From assembly GCA_018304425.1 (NCBI GenBank), contig JAGVWE010000006.1:71281-135280 (forward strand): a DNA stretch of 64,000 nucleotides, read 5' to 3'. The position numbers and the translations under genes were made by a program. The notes below the pieces were generated by a model. It did no database searches and was not told where the DNA came from. It worked only from the letters and a program-made list of their open reading frames with translations. Numbering within the stretch: the first letter of the stretch is position 1; each line of letters opens with the position of its first letter. Source of the DNA: Candidatus Iainarchaeum sp. (GTDB lineage Archaea > Iainarchaeota > Iainarchaeia > Iainarchaeales > UBA10219). Shown one piece after another: positions 58,733 to 64,000 of the stretch.

Positions 58733-58870
58733 TGCGGTGGGGCCGGGATTCCCTGGCCCGGCCAGGACGGGCGAACCCGGGACGGACGGACTAGCCCTTA
58801 GCTGCCTATCAGGCAGCCGTTCTTTTCCCGCCTCCATCAAGACGGGATTGATTTTAATCCAAAGCCAGCC
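58733..58870 (-). ncRNA. Candidate structured RNA with tRNA-like 3' end
   Basis: TTTTTAAA box 22 nt upstream; four-way junction followed by CCGGG-TTCG-[21 nt]-AAT-CCCGG-CCCCACCGCA. Confidence 0.5.
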
Positions 58871-58935
58871 GATAGACTAACCATTGAAGCGTTTAAAAAC
58901 AAAAGGAGACCTGATTTCCGGTGCGGATTGCTGAA

Positions 58936-59574
58936 TCAGGGCTTTTTGTAAGCCGACCAGTTGAAGGGAATGACTGCGCCCTGGGCCACGAGTTTGGCGT
59001 CCGGGAACAACCGCCGCAGGTCTTCGGCCGTCAGCAGGTCGGTGTCGAGGAACACTTCGCTTCGATGCGCGTCCAAGCCAAAGGCTTTCGCGCACCAGCG
59101 TTGCATGCCCTTGGGGAGGAAGTGAAAGAACGGCAAATGGTAGTGCACGTCCAGGGGAAACCACTTGTTGGGGGTCGACACCCAGTAGCTTTTCCCGACC
59201 CTTCGGACTTCGTCGGCGAAGGCCTGCCAGTTTTCTTTGCCCACGTGTTCCAGCGTGGCATTCGAGTACACGATGTCGAGGGCCTGGTCCTTGAAGGGCA
59301 GCCTGCAACCGTTTCCCACGATGACGTGCGGCACTTCCCTCCCGTTCCAGGTCCTGCGGCCCTGCCACTCCAAGAGGTTCAAGACCAGGAGGCGGTCCTT
59401 GAAGGGAAACCATTCAAAGAAGTCCTGGCCCGCGCCCACGTCCAGCACGCGCTTGCCGGGGGTCGGCTGGAGTTCACGGGAAAACAAGGCAAACCGCTCG
59501 GTCCGCGCCCGGTCCGAGTAACCGGACTGGATGCCTTTGACGAAGCGGCTGAAGAACGCCAGCATGAAAACCAT
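58936..59574 (-). CDS. SAM-dependent methyltransferase type 11
   Basis: VLDVGAG, LPFKD, SNATLEHV, TPNKWFP. Confidence 0.85.
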   Translation of the reverse strand: MVFMLAFFSRFVKGIQSGYSDRARTERFALFSRELQPTPGKRVLDVGAGQDFFEWFPFKDRLLVLNLLEWQGRRTWNGREVPHVIVGNGCRLPFKDQALDIVYSNATLEHVGKENWQAFADEVRRVGKSYWVSTPNKWFPLDVHYHLPFFHFLPKGMQRWCAKAFGLDAHRSEVFLDTDLLTAEDLRRLFPDAKLVAQGAVIPFNWSAYKKP

Positions 59575-59702
59575 CCGCTGCCCTTGCCGGCACGCGAACC
59601 ATTTATGCCCCGTTGAGCCCCCCACAGGGGCGAAACAGGGCACGCCCGCGCGCATCCGGCGCATGTCGTGCCATGCAACGCATGGCACGGTTTTTCCCCA
59701 GG

Positions 59703-59723
59703 CTTTTTGCCGAAGGCAAAAAG
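59703..59723 (-). terminator. Hairpin directly downstream of tRNA-Gln
   Basis: 9-bp arms CTTTTTGCC / GGCAAAAAG with a 3-nt loop. Confidence 0.5.
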
Positions 59724-59732
59724 GCTGGCGGA

Positions 59733-59805
59733 TAGCCCCAAGGAGATTCGAACTCCTGTCTGCAGGGTCAGAGCCTGCCATCCTTGGCCACTAGACGATG
59801 GGGCT
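59733..59805 (-). tRNA. tRNA-Gln (anticodon CTG)
   Basis: Cloverleaf AGCCCCA...GCAGG-CTCTGAC-CCTGC...AGGAG-TTCGAAT-CTCCT-TGGGGCT-A; archaeal A1-U72; no encoded CCA. Confidence 0.95.
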
Positions 59806-59882
59806 AAATGAAGCGACAAAAAAACGGGTCTGACACCTAGTCTGGCTGGCGAATGCTTTTAAGGCTTATTGGGGGGCAAAGC

Positions 59883-60581
59883 TCAGCACATTGCCTTGGC
59901 TTCCGCCGGGACGAATTGCTGCATGACCCCGTCGAGGAAGCCCCACATGGCGTCAACGGCTTGGTTGACGGCTTGGATGGCCTTTGCTTCGTCTTCCTTG
60001 GATTGCACGGCTTCCGCCAGCAGGTGGCGCCAGGCGTTCGAGTGCTGGACGTCCGCAATGGCGTGGGTGGAGAAAAAGCCCAGGCTCTTCGCGTCGGACA
60101 AGCCGTAGAACTTGCGGAGGCCGTCCATCTTGGACTCGGACACCGCGGGCAGCATGGCCTCATAGGCCAGCAGGGCAGCCAAGCCCTCCAGGTAAGAGCC
60201 TTTCGTCAACCGCGTGAACGCGTTGACTTCGGCGGCGGTTTCCCGGATGGGAACGGCCGTGGTTGCCTGTGCCTCGTTCAAGCCCAGGCCTTCCGCGAAG
60301 TCCAGCCACAACCGGGTGTGCGGCTTGGGGTTGGCCGGGTTTTGGCCCAACTCGTCGCGGAGGTTTTCCCGGATGGCTTGCCGTGCCTCTTCCGAGGGCG
60401 CGAGGGCCAACAGGTTTTGGAGGTAAGCGGGGAACGCGCGTTCCAGGTGATAGTATTGGCGTGCGTACTCGCGGAGGCTCTCCCTTGAAAGCCCGCCCTG
60501 GCTCCACACCTGGTAGAATGGATGCCGGGTCAGGGACCGTTCCACGAGTATTTCCTCGATTGCCTGAATGAATGCAGTCAT
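59883..60581 (-). CDS. CADD/PqqC-like heme-oxygenase-fold dimetal oxidase (putative pABA synthase)
   Basis: HPFY..W..G.L, QYY, FPAYL, NL.DE, H..LW, AYE, K..GL...YG, H...D..H. Confidence 0.85.
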   Translation of the reverse strand: MTAFIQAIEEILVERSLTRHPFYQVWSQGGLSRESLREYARQYYHLERAFPAYLQNLLALAPSEEARQAIRENLRDELGQNPANPKPHTRLWLDFAEGLGLNEAQATTAVPIRETAAEVNAFTRLTKGSYLEGLAALLAYEAMLPAVSESKMDGLRKFYGLSDAKSLGFFSTHAIADVQHSNAWRHLLAEAVQSKEDEAKAIQAVNQAVDAMWGFLDGVMQQFVPAEAKAMC

Positions 60582-60618
60582 GCTTGCTCCCCCTTTAGCC
60601 GTTAAAAGCTAAGCGTAA

Positions 60619-61323
60619 TCATTTCCCGAAATTGCGTTGCGTGGACTCGTAGAAGTCAATGGCTTCGGCGAGGTCTTGTTGCGTGAGTTCGGGCCAGTAC
60701 TTGTCCATGAAGTACAACTCGGAGTAAGCGGACTGGTAGCTGAGGAAGCCGGACAACCTCCTTTGGCCGCCGGTGCGGATGATGAGGTCGGGGTCCGGGT
60801 AGTCCGCGTAGAGGTATTGCTTGAACGCGCGCTCGTCGATGGATTCGGCGCTCACTTTCTTGGAGCCGATGTCCCGGGCGAGGTGCTTGGCCGCGTCCAC
60901 GACCTCGGCTTGCCCGGAATAGCATAGGGCGACGTTCATGGTCTTGTTCTTGAAATTTTCCGTGAATTCCTCGGCGCGCGCCATCTTTTGCTGCAGGTTC
61001 TGGGGGAAGAGGCTCGTGCGGCCGATGAACTTCAAGCGGATTTGGTTGGCGTCGAAGAGGCTTCCCTCTTTCACCTTGTCGAGTTCGTGTTCGAAGATTT
61101 TGAACAGCACCTGGAGTTCGAGTTGGCTGCGGTTCCGGAAGTTGTCGAGGGCCAGCGCCCAAAACGTTCCCGTCTTGATGTGCGGGTAGTTCAGGGTCCA
61201 CTGGAGGACGTCCCAGGCTTTTTGCGCGCCCCGGAAGTAGCCGTCGAAGAGGTTGAGCCCCATTTTCTTGGCGTACCGCCGGTTGCCGTCGGGAATGAAG
61301 GCAATAGAAGTCAGTTCAGTCAC
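60619..61323 (-). CDS. uppS: cis-polyprenyl diphosphate synthase
   Basis: IPDGNRRYA, DPDLIIRTGG..RLSGFL.YQ.AYSE, WPE, RNFGK. Confidence 0.92.
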   Translation of the reverse strand: MTELTSIAFIPDGNRRYAKKMGLNLFDGYFRGAQKAWDVLQWTLNYPHIKTGTFWALALDNFRNRSQLELQVLFKIFEHELDKVKEGSLFDANQIRLKFIGRTSLFPQNLQQKMARAEEFTENFKNKTMNVALCYSGQAEVVDAAKHLARDIGSKKVSAESIDERAFKQYLYADYPDPDLIIRTGGQRRLSGFLSYQSAYSELYFMDKYWPELTQQDLAEAIDFYESTQRNFGK

Positions 61324-61389
61324 AAGGCCACCCGATTACTCCCGTCATGCAAGGAAATTGACTATTATTAGATAACAATTTATATTTAT

Positions 61390-62772
61390 AAACGTATGCT
61401 GGCCAAACCGGCTTTATAGCCCTTATAAGCCGGATTAAAGCAAAATTGTGAAAAGCACCCCCTACCGTAGTTCCATGGCGCTGGCACCGGAAATCTACTG
61501 TTCCGAAACGTTTAAACCCCTGAATGAAGCAATTGCTTCATGTGGCTCGTCAAAACAGTCCGAGTCAAAGCCTTTGAGCCGACCAGGGTCAAAAAACAGT
61601 TCATGGCGTTGTTGCTTGAAAACAGTAGACTAATGAACGAATACCTCTCGCTGATGCAGGCCCATCAAACGACTTCCAAGCAGCACCTGCACTTGCTGAG
61701 CTATGAAAGATTAACCCAGGCACTCAAGTTGCCAGCAGCGGTTGTTCAAACCGCAAGAGACAAGGCAGTGCAAATTTATCGCTCCCACCTTGCCATGAAA
61801 AAGGATGGGCCTGATTGCAAGCTACCGTGTTTCCGTATGACGACTCCCGTCCGCCTAGACAGAAGATGCTTCAACATCATTGAAACAAAGAACAAGTTGA
61901 CTTATGTTGCCGCAATGAGCGTAAAGGGCGGGCGCGTGCATGTTCCCTTGCTTGGACAGCGTTATCAATACAGGCAACTGAGAAAAATAGTCGCAGGGGA
62001 ATTAAAACTTGGTTCGGTGGAGCTAGTGAAAAGAGGCAAGGATTTCTATTTTCATCTCGCGATAAAAAAAGAAACCCCGGACATTGACCCGGATTACAGT
62101 TATACGCCTGTAGGCGTTGACCTTGGCCTAATCAACCTTTCAACTTCCGTGATTTTGAAAGGGGGGCGGCCATGCAACATACTCTTTCAACGTGGTGGCA
62201 ACGCCCTGGAAATGCGCAAGCGGTTCGCAACTTTCCGCGCGTCCCTGTCAAGAGCCGGGAAATTCCGACGTATCAGGGAAACAACGGGAAAGGAACGGCG
62301 ATGCATGCGCGACATCAACCACAAAATAAGCAAGTCCATCCTTGCACAGGCAAACCAAACAGAAAAGCCGATAATCGTGATGGAGCGGCTTACCTACATC
62401 CGTGAAAGAATCCACAGGGGAAAAAAATTGAACGCAATGCTGCATAGTTGGGCTTTCGCTCAATTACAGGAATTCATAGCCTATAAAGCTGCCTGGGCCG
62501 GCATCCCGGTGATGTATATAAACCCAAAATACACCTCCCAGCAATGCAATAAATGCGGTTTCACGTCAAAAGCCAATAGGCTGGGGAGAAGCTTTAAGTG
62601 TGGAGACTGCGGATATGAATTAAACGCCGACTTGAATGCAGCCATCAACATTGCCAAGGCATATAAGAACTTTGCACCAGGCTATAGGTCCGGTGCATTG
62701 GGCGCACGTGACAGCGCCTTAACCCTGCAAGCAAGGGCTTGACTGGGAAGCACGCGCAAGCGGGCATGTCAC
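61390..62772 (+). mobile_element. Non-autonomous IS200/IS605 (IS1341-type) element, tnpB only; left end uncertain
   Basis: Lower GC than host genes; right end TGTCAC at 62767-62772; candidate TAM TTTAT at 61385-61389; hairpin 61408-61433; no tnpA. Confidence 0.6.
61540..62742 (+). CDS. tnpB: RNA-guided endonuclease TnpB
   Basis: RuvC triad GVDLG, VMERL, NADLNAA; zinc finger CNKCG...CGDCG; YTSQ. Confidence 0.92.
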   Translation: MWLVKTVRVKAFEPTRVKKQFMALLLENSRLMNEYLSLMQAHQTTSKQHLHLLSYERLTQALKLPAAVVQTARDKAVQIYRSHLAMKKDGPDCKLPCFRMTTPVRLDRRCFNIIETKNKLTYVAAMSVKGGRVHVPLLGQRYQYRQLRKIVAGELKLGSVELVKRGKDFYFHLAIKKETPDIDPDYSYTPVGVDLGLINLSTSVILKGGRPCNILFQRGGNALEMRKRFATFRASLSRAGKFRRIRETTGKERRCMRDINHKISKSILAQANQTEKPIIVMERLTYIRERIHRGKKLNAMLHSWAFAQLQEFIAYKAAWAGIPVMYINPKYTSQQCNKCGFTSKANRLGRSFKCGDCGYELNADLNAAINIAKAYKNFAPGYRSGALGARDSALTLQARA

Positions 62773-62790
62773 AAACGTATCCCCTATGAG
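62672..62790 (+). ncRNA. omegaRNA scaffold overlapping the tnpB 3' end, plus guide (from 62773)
   Basis: Stems TGCACC/GGTGCA and GGCGC/GCGCC; loop GTGACA (62708-62713) is complementary to terminal TGTCAC (pseudoknot). Confidence 0.7.
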
Positions 62791-62802
62791 AGGCTTTAAA
62801 TC

Positions 62803-63039
62803 GTGACGCCGAACAGGCAAGCAGAGGTCCAAAAAATCGTGGCCGAATTAAGGCAAAAAATACAGGAAATAGAGGAGCTAAAGGAACGGTTAAACCGCTT
62901 CCAAAGGTCTCCCTTTTCGGCGGAAAAAAGCCGCGCTATGCTGGAGGAAATAAAGGTTCCCAGCCTCGAAGCCCTCCGGGAAACCGAGCGGGAGGCCAGG
63001 GCCGCGTACCAGGGGAAGGCCAGGGCCGCGGCCAAGTGA
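62803..63039 (+). CDS. Small coiled-coil hypothetical protein
   Basis: Heptad-like sequence; overlaps the DUF192 start by 4 nt. Confidence 0.55.
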   Translation: MTPNRQAEVQKIVAELRQKIQEIEELKERLNRFQRSPFSAEKSRAMLEEIKVPSLEALRETEREARAAYQGKARAAAK

Positions 63040-63398
63040 ACTCCATGCCCTTGTTCAACCGGTCCACGGGAGAAAAACTCGTTGACCGCGTGCGCGTGGC
63101 AAAGGGTTTGTGGGCGCAGTTCCAGGGCCTCATGTTCGAGCGTCCCAGCCGGTTCGATTACGCGCTGGTGTTCCCGTTGCCCTTCGAGTCCAGGGTGGGG
63201 GCCAGCGTGCACATGTTGTTCGTGTTCTTTTCCCTGGACCTTGTTTTTTTGGACAAGGCCAAGCGCGTGGTGGACAAAAAGGAAAACTTCAAGCCCTTCA
63301 GCCTCAATTACACGCCGAAAAAGCCCGCCAGGTACTTCATCGAGTTGCCGGCCGGTCTCGGACAGGGGATTCGGCTGGGGGACGAGTTGACCTGGTGA
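63036..63398 (+). CDS. DUF192 family protein
   Basis: GLMF, VHMLFVFFSLDLVFLD, YFIELPAG, GD. Confidence 0.88.
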   Translation: MNSMPLFNRSTGEKLVDRVRVAKGLWAQFQGLMFERPSRFDYALVFPLPFESRVGASVHMLFVFFSLDLVFLDKAKRVVDKKENFKPFSLNYTPKKPARYFIELPAGLGQGIRLGDELTW

Positions 63399-63419
63399 AC
63401 CAGGGGAAAAAATATTTAT

Positions 63420-63477
63420 GTCCCGCCGTAGGCGGGACGACGTATAGCGCGCAGCCGGCGCTCTCGTCCGGCTGCGC
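63420..63477. repeat. Two adjacent GC-rich hairpins
   Basis: GTCCCGCC-GTA-GGCGGGAC and GCGCAGCCGG-N9-CCGGCTGCGC. Confidence 0.6.
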
Positions 63478-63552
63478 ATATCGTTAGTTATTTAAACTTG
63501 TGCGGTGGCAAGCATGTTTAGGGGTTCGTCCAAAGTTGGGGAGGCAAAAACG

Positions 63553-64000
63553 ATGTCAAACAACGACCAGAATTATTTGGCGCTTTCACTCATCATCGCG
63601 GCCCTCATCGTGGGCGGTTCCATGATTTGGGCGTCCAACAACCTTGTGGCGGGCGCGGACAGGCTGCAGGTCGCGGCTCCATCGACGGGCCTGGCCATCC
63701 TGCCGCCGCAGGCGCCGGAGCCAAGCGGCAACCAGCCCGAAGCGGCGCCGCCAGCGGCTGCCCCCACCGGCCCGGAAATGAAGGACTTGTTGAAGGACGC
63801 GGCCGGAAAGATGGGCAGAGACGATGCCCCTGTTCTTTTCGTCGAGTACTCGGACTTCCAGTGCCCGTTCTGCGGGCGATGGTATTCGGATTCGAAAGCC
63901 CAGTTGAAGCGGGACTACGTGGACACGGGCAAGGTCTTGTTCGTCTACAAGGACTATCCTTTGAGCTTCCCCCCCAACGCCGGCCCAGCCGCCAACGCGG
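63553..64000 (+). CDS. DsbA/BdbD-like thioredoxin-fold protein, 3' part outside window
   Basis: N-terminal TM, Pro/Ala linker, EYSDFQCPFC, YVDTGKV.FVYKDYPL. Confidence 0.9.
   Translation, partial: MSNNDQNYLALSLIIAALIVGGSMIWASNNLVAGADRLQVAAPSTGLAILPPQAPEPSGNQPEAAPPAAAPTGPEMKDLLKDAAGKMGRDDAPVLFVEYSDFQCPFCGRWYSDSKAQLKRDYVDTGKVLFVYKDYPLSFPPNAGPAANA

Noticed and set aside
58733-58870. Group I intron remnant (AAGGGCTAGTCC resembles the S element)
   Set aside because: No upstream GACTA P7 partner or P1-P6 region; the segment pairs better with the RNA 5' end.
58733-59805. Integrated element bounded by tRNA-Gln and the tRNA-like fragment
   Set aside because: The fragment's 3' sequence (CCCGGCCCCACCG) does not match tRNA-Gln (CTCCTTGGGGCTA) and there is no integrase.
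61540-62742. Cas12f/Cas14 CRISPR effector
   Set aside because: No repeat-spacer array or cas1/cas2/cas4 nearby; the 3' end has an IS-type omegaRNA and TCAC end.
61540-62742. Nuclease-dead TldR
   Set aside because: All three RuvC acidic residues are present.

Overview
High-GC archaeal chromosome segment, most likely from a DPANN lineage such as Iainarchaeota or Micrarchaeota (inference). Archaeal origin rests on BRE/TATA promoters, an A1-U72 tRNA-Gln without encoded CCA, a geranylgeranyl reductase and a RAD55/KaiC ATPase. 1-39.7 kb is a large surface-glycan locus: CDP-sugar enzymes, a complete GDP-heptose set (hddC-hddA-gmhA-gmhB), UDP-GlcA/UDP-xylose enzymes, GT2/GT4/GT-C transferases, a flippase, SAM methyltransferases, a radical SAM enzyme, and class I FBPase plus class II FBA. 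Toxin-antitoxin modules are interleaved, most with a palindromic operator. 39.7-43.6 kb holds apt, mtnP, mtnA and a class II aldolase (DHAP-shunt-like salvage). 43.6-48.0 kb is a four-gene orphan cluster built from two shared modules, with an identical 17-bp promoter element before three genes. 48-64 kb contains Ig/FN3 surface proteins, RAD55, GGR with an att-like duplicated 3' end, HtrA, a candidate structured RNA with a tRNA-like 3' end, tRNA-Gln, a CADD-type oxidase, UppS, a solo TnpB with omegaRNA, DUF192 and a partial DsbA. Best novelty candidates: (1) the TnpB whose predicted guide seed matches a TAM-flanked site in the neighbouring promoter, (2) the orphan multi-HTH cluster, (3) the tRNA-tailed RNA, (4) an RHH fused to a degenerate nucleotidyltransferase. 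All calls come from motif reading by eye; no searches were run.
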